Positions 22,495-31,712 of a DNA stretch of 56,694 bases are shown here, in pieces. Under the pieces are notes generated by a model. It was not told the origin of the DNA. It worked only from the letters and a program-made list of their open reading frames with translations, and did not search any database. Numbering within the stretch: the first letter of the stretch is position 1; every line of letters begins with the position of its first letter. A program made the translations under genes and the position numbers. The DNA lies in NCBI GenBank assembly GCA_044866005.1, contig JBIOTN010000088.1, positions 1 through 56,694 of the forward strand, in the 5' to 3' direction. This DNA is from Candidatus Rokuibacteriota bacterium (GTDB lineage Bacteria; Methylomirabilota; Methylomirabilia; Rokubacteriales; DASRDR01).

Positions 22495-24003
22495 TCATCC
22501 CACGACCTCCTCGGGCACCTCCGCCGCCGCGAGCGGCGTGACGCTAGGAAGGAACAGGGTCGCCGCGAGGCCGAGCAGCGTCGCCCCCGCCCCGAGCCAG
22601 AGGACGACGCCCATCTCGGACACGAGCGCCGCCGCCAGCGCCGGCGGGAGCGTCCGCACCCCCTCGCCGAGCCCCGCGACCCGCAGGCCCAGGCGGGCCG
22701 TCAGGGTCGCGCCCATGACGGTCACGCCGAGCGTCGCCCCGATGTTCCGGAAGAAGAGGACCGCGGAGGTCGCGACGCCCCGATGCTCGCGGCGGACCAG
22801 CGTCTGGACGGCCACGATGAGCGTGACCGAGGCGAGGCCCATCCCGGTCCCCGCCGCGCCGCCGGCCACCAGTAGAAAGGTCCAGCCGGCCTCCGGGCCC
22901 GCGGCCAGCGCGACGTAGCCCGCCAGCATCGTGCCCATCCCCGTGACGGCGAGCCGCCAGAAGCCGAGGCGGTTCACGAGCTGCCCGGCGACGAGCCCGC
23001 CGACCGACCAGCCGCAGCTCATGGTCATGAGGGCCAGGCCCGCCGTCGTCGCGTCCGCGCCGAGCCCCCACTGGACGAGGAGCGGCACGTGGATGAGGGC
23101 GCCGAACATGGCGGCGCCGGAGAAGAAGCCGGCGGCGCAGCCGACGGCGAACGGGGCCTCCCGGAAGAGCCCGAGCCTGAGCAGCGGCTCGGCGGAGCGC
23201 TGCTCCAGGCGGATGAACGCCGCCAGGCAGGCGAGCCCGACCACGACGGCGACGAGGCGGCCGGGGGCCTGGAGGAGGTCGCGGGCGTCGGCCGGCGGCG
23301 GACCGGGCTGGAGGAAGGCGAAGAGGATGGCCGTGATCCCGGCGAGGAACGCGGCCGTCCCCGCGAGGTCGAGGCGGCGCCCTCCCGCCGTCTCCCGCCC
23401 GGGGGCGGTCTCGCGCAGGCTGCCCAGGATCAGCGCAGCCACGAGCGCGCCGAGGGGCGGGTTCATGTAGAAGACCCAGCGCCAGCTCCACCGGTCCACG
23501 ATCACCCCGCCCAGCATCGGGCCCACGATGCTCGCCAGGCCCCAGACCACGGTGATCAGGCCCTGCATGCGCCCCCGCCGCGCGCCCGGGAAGAGGTCGC
23601 CGAAGATGATGAGGGAGAGCGACAGGATCCCCCCGGCGCCGACGCCCTGGACGACGCGCCCCCCGATCAGGGCGAACATCGAGGGCGCGGCGCCCGCGAC
23701 CACCGAGCCCGCGCAGAAGACGGCGACGGCGGCGAGGAACGGCCCCTTGCGCCCCAGCCGGTCGGACAGCCCGCCGAAGACCGGCATGACGGCCGTCGAG
23801 GCGAGCATGTAGGCCGAGAACACCCAGGGATAGAGCGCCACCCCTCCGAGCGTCGCGATGACGGTCGGCATCGCCGTGCCGACCACGGTGGCGTCGAGCG
23901 CCGCGAGGAGGACGCCGAGCTGGACCGCGAGGACGACGGGCCAGAGGCGGCGAAGGGAGGCGTCCGGACTGGCGGGAGGAGTCCCCACGGTGACCCTGGG
24001 CAC
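22495..24003 (-). CDS. MFS transporter, DHA2 (14-TM) family
   Basis: LDATVVGTAMP, GLSDRLGRK, WRWVFYMN, EPLLRL. Confidence 0.9.
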   Translation of the reverse strand: MPRVTVGTPPASPDASLRRLWPVVLAVQLGVLLAALDATVVGTAMPTVIATLGGVALYPWVFSAYMLASTAVMPVFGGLSDRLGRKGPFLAAVAVFCAGSVVAGAAPSMFALIGGRVVQGVGAGGILSLSLIIFGDLFPGARRGRMQGLITVVWGLASIVGPMLGGVIVDRWSWRWVFYMNPPLGALVAALILGSLRETAPGRETAGGRRLDLAGTAAFLAGITAILFAFLQPGPPPADARDLLQAPGRLVAVVVGLACLAAFIRLEQRSAEPLLRLGLFREAPFAVGCAAGFFSGAAMFGALIHVPLLVQWGLGADATTAGLALMTMSCGWSVGGLVAGQLVNRLGFWRLAVTGMGTMLAGYVALAAGPEAGWTFLLVAGGAAGTGMGLASVTLIVAVQTLVRREHRGVATSAVLFFRNIGATLGVTVMGATLTARLGLRVAGLGEGVRTLPPALAAALVSEMGVVLWLGAGATLLGLAATLFLPSVTPLAAAEVPEEVVG

Positions 24004-24012
24004 AACGGCGTG

Positions 24013-24041
24013 AGTATAGCGGTCGCGTCTCGACCCTTCAA
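24013..24041 (-). promoter_or_regulatory. sigma70 promoter of MFS gene
   Basis: TTGAAG-N17-TATACT, 9 nt before GTG 24003. Confidence 0.55.
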
Positions 24042-24235
24042 CCGCCTGTACGCATCCACGACATCCGGCGTGAGCGTCCCCGCAGCGAGGTCCCCGTTTT
24101 CTTGACAGTCCTCCCGCCGTGTGTGGTAGAAGCGAGGGACTGTCGCGCGATCTCGAAAATCCGGAGGCCGCCGGGCCTTGGCGGCGGGCCGGGCGGCGTG
24201 GGGAGGGCCCGCCCGGAACCGACGGGAGTCATGGC

Positions 24236-24797
24236 ATGTCGGAAAAGCTCCTCCTCGTCGCGGATGACGAGCCCCTCAACCTCCAACTCCTCCAGATGCT
24301 GGTCGACGAGACGGGCCTGCCCGTGCGAGTGGTCACGGCGAGGGACGGCCTGGAAGCCGTGACCCGGGCGCGAGAGCTCCTCCCCGCGCTGGTGCTGATG
24401 GACCTCAAGATGCCGCAGCTCGACGGCTGGGAGGCGACGAAAAGGCGGCACCGTCACGCTCGAGGTGATCGATCGCGGCGAGGCAGTCGAGGTGGCGGTG
24501 ACGGACTCGGGCCCGGGGATCGCGCCCGCGGAGCTGCCGCTCCTCTTCCAGCCGTTCAGCCAGACCACGACCGGCAAGCGGACCTCTCAGGGTACCGGCC
24601 TGGGACTCCTGGGCTGCCGGCACCTCGTCGAGGCGCACGGCGGGCGCATCTGGGCGGAGAGCCAGCCCGGCCGCGGGGCCCGCTTCGCGTTCCGGCTTCC
24701 GCGCCGAGGCGTGGACGCCAGGGCTGGCGACGAGGTGGGGCTCGGCGAGGGGCGGGCCCCGGGTGCGGACGCGCCTGGGGATCGCCAGCGTGCCTGA
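24236..24797 (+). pseudogene. Internally deleted receiver/histidine kinase remnant
   Basis: First ~69 aa of REC (LVADDE..LMDLKMPQLDGWEATK) joined out of frame at ~24440 to HATPase C-half (GGTVTL..DSGPGI..GTGLGL..HGGRIW). Confidence 0.8.
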
Positions 24798-24863
24798 GGC
24801 CTCCCCGGTGGCAAATGGCCTAGCCGCTCACGTATGGCGCCTGCGCCCGGAGGGGACCGCGAC

Positions 24864-25268
24864 ATGAGCGACCCATCGACGCAGCCGGGAGGGCGTGTGG
24901 CGCTCGTCGCCGACGACGATGCCGACACCTGCGAGCTGCTCAGCGACCTGCTGGGTCAGGCCGGCTTCCGGACGGTCACGACCGGCGACGGCGAGGCGGT
25001 GCTCGCGCTCGCGCGCGAGCACCAGCCGAGCCTGATCGTGCTGGACGTCATGATGCCGGCGGTGGACGGCTACACGGCGCTCACGCGCCTGCAGGGCGAC
25101 CCGTCGACGCGCGGCATCCCCGTCATCGTGCTGACGGGCCAGGCCGATCCCGTGTATCGGACCCTGAGCGCCGGCGTCGGAGCCGTGGCCCATCTGACCA
25201 AGCCCTTCTCCGCGCGGGCGCTGACCGAGACCGTCCAGCGGGTTCTCGGCCCGCGCGGCGTGCCGTAG
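24864..25268 (+). CDS. Single-domain response regulator
   Basis: LVADDD, LDVMMP, LTG, KPF. Confidence 0.9.
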   Translation: MSDPSTQPGGRVALVADDDADTCELLSDLLGQAGFRTVTTGDGEAVLALAREHQPSLIVLDVMMPAVDGYTALTRLQGDPSTRGIPVIVLTGQADPVYRTLSAGVGAVAHLTKPFSARALTETVQRVLGPRGVP

Positions 25269-25270
25269 AC

Positions 25271-27547
25271 GTGGCCGCGATGCCGGGCCTCGTGCTGATC
25301 GCGGACGACGACGCCGACGTCCGCGGCCTGATCGCCGACGTGCTCGCCGAGGCCGGCTTCCGGACGGCGGCGGCGGCGGACGGCGAGGAAGCGCTCGCGC
25401 TCGCCCGCGACGACACGCCGGACCTGATCGTCCTGGACGTCATGATGCCGAAGATGGACGGGTACACGGCGCTGACGCGCCTCCGCGCCGACCCCGCGAC
25501 CCGCGACGTCCCCGTGATCGTCCTCACGGGGCAGGGAGACAACGTCTACCGGAGTCTGAGCGCCGGGGTCGGCGCGGTGGCCCACGTGACGAAGCCGTTC
25601 GATCCGGCGGTCTTCATCGAAAGCGTCCGGCGAATCCTCGCCGAGCGAGAGGCCCACCGCGGCGAAGAGCGCCGGCTCGGCGCGCTGCTGGTGGAGCGCG
25701 AGGTCATCTCCGCCGAGCAGCTCGAGGAGGCCCGGCAGCTCCAGCGCGAGGAAGGGATGTGGCTGGGCCAGGCCCTTCTCGAGATCGTCGCGGTCACGCC
25801 CGACCAGCTCAACCGGGCGCGCTCGGAGTTGCTGGGGCTTCCGCACGTCGAGTTCCGCGAGAACGCCGTCGACCTCGATCTCGCGCGAGCGATCCCGGAA
25901 GAGGTGCTGCGGCGGCACCACGCCTTTCCCGTCCGCCGGGCCGACGGCCAGCTCACCGTCGTCATCGCGGACCCCATGAACCGGCAGGCGGTCGTCGAGC
26001 TCGAGGCGCTCACCGGGGCCGAGGTGAAGACGGCCATCGCCTGGCGCCACACGATCACGCGCCTGCTCGACAAGGCCTTTCCGCCGACCGGGGCCGCGCA
26101 GGAGCGGGGGCGGCGCGAACGACCCGGTCCGATCGACATCCCGCTGGAAGCCGACGCCGCCGGCGTCGCCCAGGTCTACGCGCTCCTGCTCGCGGCGCGG
26201 CGTGGCGGGGCGAGCGAGATCCAGGTGGAGCCGACCGCCGAAGAGGTACGCGTCCGCACCCGGATCGCGGGCCGGCTCGTCGAGCGCGCGCGATGGCCCC
26301 GCGCGCACCTTGGCCCGGTGGTCGCCCGATTCCGGATTCTCGCCGGGCTGCCCGAGGAGAGCCCGCCGCTCCACGCCTACGTGCGGACGCGCCTGGAGGA
26401 CGAGCCGGTGGAGCTCGAGCTCTCCATCCTCTCCACGCTCCACGGCGAGGCGGTGACGGTGAAGCTGTGGCCAGGGGGCCTGGCCGAGGTCGATCCCGTC
26501 CTGGACGCCGCGGTGGCCGCGAACGCCTCGGACATCTACCTGATCGAGGGAACGCCGCCGACGCTGAAGGTGGACGGCGTGGCGACGCCGCTCGCCGACG
26601 CGCCCGCCTTGAGCCCGGCCGACCTGCGGAAGCTGCTGCTGCGGCTCGTGCCCGAGGCGCAACGGAAGGAGTTCGAGGCCACCAGCGACCTGGATCTCTC
26701 GTACCTGCACCCGCAGTTCGGGCGGTTCCGGCTCAACTGTTACCGGGCCATGGGCGCGACCGGCATGGTCCTCCGGCGGGTGAAGACCGAGGTGCCGACC
26801 TTCGAGGCCCTCGATCTGCCGCCGCTCCTCGGCGCCCTGGCCATGGAGCGACAGGGCCTCATCCTCGTCGTGGGCGCCACGGGGTCCGGCAAGTCCACGA
26901 CCACCGCGGCCATGATCGACTACCGGAACGCCCACGCGCCCGGACACATCGTCACGATCGAGGATCCCGTCGAGTTCATCCACGCGCGGAAGCAGAGCGT
27001 CATCTCGCAGCGGGAAGTCGGCATCGACACCGAATCCTACCTGGTGGCCCTCCACAAGGCGCTGCGCCAGGCCCCTGACGTGATCTTTCTCGGCGAATTG
27101 CGGGATCGGGACACGGTCGCGGTCGCCCTCCACTCGGCCGAGACGGGTCACCTGGTCATCTCCACCCTGCACGCGACGAACGCGACGGGCACGATCGAGC
27201 GGCTCCTGAACTTCTTTCCCACCGAGGCGCGGGACGCGACGCTGATGCAGCTCTCCCTCTTGCTGCGTGCCGTCATCGCCCAGCGGCTGATTCCCCGGGC
27301 GCCGGGCAAGGGACGCGTCGCCGCCATGGAGATCATGCTGAATACGCCGCGCATCCAGTCCCTGATCCGCCGCGGCGAGCTCGAGACGATCCGCCAGGCG
27401 ATCGAGGAGGGGGTCCACGAGGGGCTCCAGACCCTCGATCAGGCTCTCCTCGCGCTGTACCAGCAGAAGAAGATCACGCAGGAAGACGCGCTCCGTTTCG
27501 CGGACAGCCCGAACAACCTCCGCCTCCGCATCAAAGGCATCAGGTAG
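25271..27547 (+). CDS. REC-MshEN-PilB/GspE N-terminal-PilU-type ATPase fusion
   Basis: REC; RLGALLVE..QLEEA..Q; GASEIQVEP..RTRIAGRL; then NASDIYL, GATGSGKSTT, TIEDPVE, LRQAPDVI, ETGHL..STLH; start may be ATG 25280. Confidence 0.85.
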   Translation: MAAMPGLVLIADDDADVRGLIADVLAEAGFRTAAAADGEEALALARDDTPDLIVLDVMMPKMDGYTALTRLRADPATRDVPVIVLTGQGDNVYRSLSAGVGAVAHVTKPFDPAVFIESVRRILAEREAHRGEERRLGALLVEREVISAEQLEEARQLQREEGMWLGQALLEIVAVTPDQLNRARSELLGLPHVEFRENAVDLDLARAIPEEVLRRHHAFPVRRADGQLTVVIADPMNRQAVVELEALTGAEVKTAIAWRHTITRLLDKAFPPTGAAQERGRRERPGPIDIPLEADAAGVAQVYALLLAARRGGASEIQVEPTAEEVRVRTRIAGRLVERARWPRAHLGPVVARFRILAGLPEESPPLHAYVRTRLEDEPVELELSILSTLHGEAVTVKLWPGGLAEVDPVLDAAVAANASDIYLIEGTPPTLKVDGVATPLADAPALSPADLRKLLLRLVPEAQRKEFEATSDLDLSYLHPQFGRFRLNCYRAMGATGMVLRRVKTEVPTFEALDLPPLLGALAMERQGLILVVGATGSGKSTTTAAMIDYRNAHAPGHIVTIEDPVEFIHARKQSVISQREVGIDTESYLVALHKALRQAPDVIFLGELRDRDTVAVALHSAETGHLVISTLHATNATGTIERLLNFFPTEARDATLMQLSLLLRAVIAQRLIPRAPGKGRVAAMEIMLNTPRIQSLIRRGELETIRQAIEEGVHEGLQTLDQALLALYQQKKITQEDALRFADSPNNLRLRIKGIR

Positions 27548-27724
27548 CGCCCCCCAGCGATGATGCGGGCGAGGGCGCGCCAGCCCGCTCCCCTCCGGCA
27601 GTGGTGAACGCCGGGCACCTCCGGAACGACCGGCCGGCCGCCGGGACAACCACCATCCGCCACGACCGACGGGCGTATACTGGATTTACCGGAGGGCCCG
27701 GTGCAGGCCCGCCGGGGAGGCGGC

Positions 27725-28915
27725 ATGGACTTCAAGCTCACGCCCGAGCAGGAGGCCTTCCGGGTCGAGGTCCGGACGTGGCTCCGCGCCAACCTCCCGC
27801 CCGAGTGGGCCGGCCAGCCGACGACGGACATCCCCCGGGCGGAGATGTACGAGTTCGGGCGCCAGTGGCAGCGGAAGCTCCACGAGGCCGGGCTCCTCGG
27901 CATCACCTGGCCGAAGGAGTACGGCGGCCGCGGGCTCACCTGGCTCGAGGAGCTGATCTTCCACCAGGAGCTGACCTTCCACAAGGCGCCGCCGCCGCTC
28001 AACCTGCTCGGCCTCGGCATGGCGGGGCCGACCATCATCGCCTACGGCACCGAGGCGCAGAAGAAGCGCTACCTCCAGAAGATCCTCACGGGCGAGGAGA
28101 TCTGGTGCCAGGGCTACTCCGAGCCGAACGCGGGCTCGGACCTGGCCTCGCTCCAGACCCGCGCCGCGCGCGAGGGCGACCACTTCGTCGTGAACGGGCA
28201 GAAAGTGTGGACGAGCCTCGCCCACATCGCCGACTGGATGATGCTCCTGGCCCGGACCGACCCCAAGGCGCCCAAGCACGGCGGCATCACCTACTTCCTC
28301 CTCGACATGCACTCGCCCGGCGTGACCGTGCGTCCCCTCCGGCAGATCACGGGCGACGCCGAGTTCAACGAGGTCTTCTTCGAGAGCGTCCGGGTCCCGG
28401 CGACCAACGTCCTGGGCGAGCTGAACCAGGGCTGGCAGGTCGGGCTCACCACGCTCATGTACGAGCGTCTGGCGCTCGGCTTCGGCCTCCAGGCGCGCTT
28501 CCAGATCGCGCTGGACGCCACGCTCGGGCTGGCCCGGCGGGTGCGACGGAACGGCGGGCCGGCGGCGGGCGATCCGGTGATGCGCCAGAAGCTCGCCCAG
28601 CTCGTGATCGACAACGCCGTCTTCAAGTACACGGCGGCCCGGGCGATCACCCGGCTCCTCAAGGGCGAGGTGCCGGGGCCCGAGGCCTCCGCCGGGAAGA
28701 TCTGGTGGTGCGAGAAGCACCAGGCGCTCCAGGACGTCGCCCAGGAGCTCCTCGGGCTCTCCGGCCAGGTCGGACGCGGCTCGCCCCACGCCGTGGACGA
28801 CGGGCTCTGGCAGTACTCCTTCCTCCGCTCGCGGGCGAACTCGATCGAGGGCGGCACGACCGAGATCCAGCGGAACATCATCGGCGAGCGGGTGCTGGGG
28901 CTACCCAAGGACTGA
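27725..28915 (+). CDS. Acyl-CoA dehydrogenase (probable catalytic subunit of a heteromeric pair)
   Basis: WCQGYSEPNAGSDLASL, NGQKVWTS, FNEVFF, IEGGTTEIQRNII. Confidence 0.92.
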   Translation: MDFKLTPEQEAFRVEVRTWLRANLPPEWAGQPTTDIPRAEMYEFGRQWQRKLHEAGLLGITWPKEYGGRGLTWLEELIFHQELTFHKAPPPLNLLGLGMAGPTIIAYGTEAQKKRYLQKILTGEEIWCQGYSEPNAGSDLASLQTRAAREGDHFVVNGQKVWTSLAHIADWMMLLARTDPKAPKHGGITYFLLDMHSPGVTVRPLRQITGDAEFNEVFFESVRVPATNVLGELNQGWQVGLTTLMYERLALGFGLQARFQIALDATLGLARRVRRNGGPAAGDPVMRQKLAQLVIDNAVFKYTAARAITRLLKGEVPGPEASAGKIWWCEKHQALQDVAQELLGLSGQVGRGSPHAVDDGLWQYSFLRSRANSIEGGTTEIQRNIIGERVLGLPKD

Positions 28916-28916
28916 G

Positions 28917-28949
28917 GCCGTGCCGATAACCGTCCGCGCTCGGCCCGGC
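28917..28949 (-). repeat. Internally deleted family B element (ends only)
   Basis: gccgtgccgataaccgtc and ctcggcccggc are reverse complements of the two family B termini. Confidence 0.6.
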
Positions 28950-28987
28950 CGGCTTTCCGCATCTCCGGATCGCTGAGAGGCGCTCCC

Positions 28988-30136
28988 ATGGACTTCGGCT
29001 TCAGCCACGAGCAGGAGCTCTTGCGCCAGACGGCGCGGAGCTTCCTCGAGAAGGAGTGCCCCTCCACGTTCGTCCGCCGGATGCTGGACGACCCGGCCGG
29101 CACGACGGACGAGTTCTGGCAGAAGCTCGCCGAGCTCGGCTGGCTCGGGCTGATCTACCCGGAGGCCTACGGCGGGGTCGGGCTCGGCTTCGTGGACCTC
29201 ACGGTCGTGCTGGAGGAGATGGGCCGCGCCGTGATGCCGGGGCCGTTCTTCTCCACCGTGCTCCTCGGCGGGCTCACGCTCCTGGAGGCCGGCTCGGAGG
29301 CGCAGAAGCAGGCCTGGCTCCCGAAGATCGCGGCGGGCACCGCGCGCGCCACCCTCGCGGTGACCGAGGAGAGCGGCGCGTTCGACCCGGCCGGCGTCAC
29401 GGTGCCGGCGACGGTCGCCCCGGGCGGCGGCTTCGTGCTCTCCGGCGCGAAGCTCTTCGTCCCCGACGCCCACGGCGCCGACCTCCTGGTGGTCGCCGCC
29501 CGCACGGCCCCGCCGACCGCCACCGACGCCTCCCACGGCGTCAGCCTCTTCTGCGTCCCGCGGGACGCGAAGGGCCTGACGGTGACCGTCCTGCCGACGA
29601 TGGACGGCACGCGGAAGCTCTGCGAGGTCACGCTGGCCGGCGTGACGGTGCCCGGGGACGCCCTCGTGGGCCCGCGCGACCGCGCCTGGCCCGCGCTGGC
29701 CCGCGTGCTCGACCGGGCGACCGTCGCGCTCTGCGCCGAGATGTGCGGCGGCGCGCAGAAGGTGCTCGAGATGTGCACCGAGTACGCGAAGATCCGCCTG
29801 GCCTTCGGCAAGCCGATCGGCGCCTACCAGGCGGTCAAGCACAAGTGCGCCGACATGCTGGTCGCGGTGGAGAACGCGAAGTCGGTGACCTACTACGCCG
29901 CCTGGGCGGTGGACGAGAACGTCCCCGAGGCCCCGCTCGCCGCCTCGATGGCGAAGGCCTACGTCTCCGACGCCTACCGGAAGGCCGCCGGGGATGGGAT
30001 CCAGCTCCACGGCGGCATCGGCTTCACCTGGGAGCACGACCTCCACCTCTACTTCAAGCGGGCGAAGGCCTCCGAGGTCACCTTCGGCGACGCCACGCAC
30101 CACCGCGAGCGCGTCGCCAGCCTGATCCAGCTCTAG
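28988..30136 (+). CDS. Acyl-CoA dehydrogenase (partner subunit)
   Basis: FGKPIGAYQAVKHKCADM, IQLHGGIGFTWEHDLHLYFKRA. Confidence 0.92.
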   Translation: MDFGFSHEQELLRQTARSFLEKECPSTFVRRMLDDPAGTTDEFWQKLAELGWLGLIYPEAYGGVGLGFVDLTVVLEEMGRAVMPGPFFSTVLLGGLTLLEAGSEAQKQAWLPKIAAGTARATLAVTEESGAFDPAGVTVPATVAPGGGFVLSGAKLFVPDAHGADLLVVAARTAPPTATDASHGVSLFCVPRDAKGLTVTVLPTMDGTRKLCEVTLAGVTVPGDALVGPRDRAWPALARVLDRATVALCAEMCGGAQKVLEMCTEYAKIRLAFGKPIGAYQAVKHKCADMLVAVENAKSVTYYAAWAVDENVPEAPLAASMAKAYVSDAYRKAAGDGIQLHGGIGFTWEHDLHLYFKRAKASEVTFGDATHHRERVASLIQL

Positions 30137-30137
30137 T

Positions 30138-30212
30138 TTTTCGGGGGAGTCTCGGAAGACCCCCCCGATGCCCCCCCGCCGTGGCGGCGGCGAAGCCGTC
30201 GCTCCGAGGCTC
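30138..30212 (+). repeat. Repeat family A copy
   Basis: ttcgggggagtctcggaagacccccccgatgccccccc..gcggcggcgaagccgtcgctc. Confidence 0.8.
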
Positions 30213-30254
30213 CCGCACAGTCATGCAGGCCGCCCCATGGAGACGAGCGCGCCT

Positions 30255-30323
30255 GGGGGGAGGCAGGGCCGATGCGTTCGCCGCCACGGCCGGGACAGAG
30301 TCCCGGCCGACAATCAGTCAGAA
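30255..30323 (-). repeat. Repeat family C copy
   Basis: Inverted copy of 19651-19719. Confidence 0.8.
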
Positions 30324-30328
30324 CGCCG

Positions 30329-31200
30329 CGACCGCGCGGGGCGGCCGGCAAGGCGAAGGCCGTCCTGAAGGGCTACCCTTTCACCTCGGCCTGGCCGTCA
30401 CGCTCCTCGCGATGACCCTCGTCGCCCCGATCCTGAAGCTCCAGACCCTGGCGCGGCGCTTCACGAGCCAGCACGTCCCCGTGCTGGTCGAGGCGGCCGA
30501 TTACGAGGCCGTGGTGGGCGACATCCAGGGCGCGCTGCGCGAGGCGGGGTGGGAGACGAGCCGCCGGCCCGCCAGCTGGATGCTCCGCGCGCCGACCCGG
30601 GTGCTGACGGCGCTGGCGGGCGGGTCGATCGAGAACCTCGTGGCCGAGCGGCTGACCACGCTCCGCTCGGATCGGCTCGCCGTCACCCTGCACCCCGCGG
30701 ACCTCGTCGTGGCAGGCCGGAAGGCCGACGTGGTCCACGTCCGGGCGCTCCTCGTCGAGCGCCTGGCCCTCTCCCGCGCGCACCTCACCTGGACCAAGGA
30801 GGGAAACATCCTGGAAGATCGGCTCCGCCAGCTGTGGCGCGATGCCGAACGAGCCGGATCGGACGGCGCCCAGGTCAGCGGGCGGCTGCGCGTCATCGAA
30901 GAAGACCTCGAGCGCGTCGAGCTGCCGTACGAGGAGTGGGAGGTCCTGTTCCGGTCGAAGCTCCTGGTCGAGGTCGCGGCCGGGGCGGGGCTCCAACGCG
31001 AGCCGGACCCAGGAGGGTGGGTGCGGCGCACCCTCCTCCCGCTCGGCCTGGCCGTGCTCCGGGAGCGACTGGAGAATCCACGGGTACGCGACACACTCGA
31101 CGCCGCGGTCGTCCGCTGGCTCGGAGGAGCGCATCGGGCCGGGACCGAGGCGGGTCGGCCGATGCCGGAGCCGGACAGCGAGTCCCGTCCCGCCGCCTGA
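30329..31200 (+). pseudogene. Probable 5'-truncated membrane-associated hypothetical protein
   Basis: Coding-like frame LGLAVTLL..YEEWEVLFR with no RBS; upstream residues AKAVLKGYPFT read in another frame (apparent 1-nt loss ~30384); abuts repeats. Confidence 0.5.
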
Positions 31201-31215
31201 CTGACAGGAGGACCC

Positions 31216-31587
31216 ATGCGCTGGATGCTCGCGTTGCTGGTCGCCCTGACGCTCGCCCTCAGCGGAGTCCAGCCGGCCGTCGCGCAGCCGAAGGCCGGCC
31301 AGCCGGTCGCGCCGCCGAGCCAGGCGTCGGCGGCGATCGAGAGTCTGAAGACGGCGTTGCTCGACATCAACACCGCGCCGGTCGGGGCGCTGGAAGCCCT
31401 GCCCGGCATCGGCGCGGCCTACGCGAAGCGGATCGTCGACAACCGCCCATACACGCGGAAGGACGAGCTGGTCCGCCGGAAGATCCTCCCGCAGTCCACC
31501 TACGACCGGGTCAAGGAGCTGATCATCGCGAAGCAAGCGCCGGCCGGCCCGCAGGCCGGCCCCCCCGCGCCCGGCAAGACGCCCTGA
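31216..31587 (+). CDS. Secreted helix-hairpin-helix (ComEA-like) protein
   Basis: Signal peptide; LDINTA..LPGIG..AKRIVDNRPY; RBS AGGAGG. Confidence 0.85.
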   Translation: MRWMLALLVALTLALSGVQPAVAQPKAGQPVAPPSQASAAIESLKTALLDINTAPVGALEALPGIGAAYAKRIVDNRPYTRKDELVRRKILPQSTYDRVKELIIAKQAPAGPQAGPPAPGKTP

Positions 31588-31642
31588 ACCCGCGCGCGGC
31601 CACCGCCACCGTCTCAGCTGAGAGGCCGACCCCCGCGAAAAC

Positions 31643-31672
31643 TTGACCTTCCGCGCCACCGTGGCCTATGCT
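31643..31672 (+). promoter_or_regulatory. sigma70 promoter of amidase-actin operon
   Basis: TTGACC-N18-TATGCT. Confidence 0.6.
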
Positions 31673-31712
31673 CAGGGGCCGTCTGAAGGCAGACGACGCA
31701 CCCTCGAGCCAG

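Noticed and set aside
24436..24446. Programmed frameshift joining REC and HATPase
   Set aside because: Both domains are incomplete, so the product could not fold as either; deletion is simpler
27725..30136. Tandem acyl-CoA dehydrogenases as a novelty
   Set aside because: Adjacent heteromeric ACAD pairs are well known
29056..31200. 714-aa ORF as a single gene
   Set aside because: 5' part is an off-frame overlap of the acyl-CoA dehydrogenase and crosses repeats; only the 3' part looks coding
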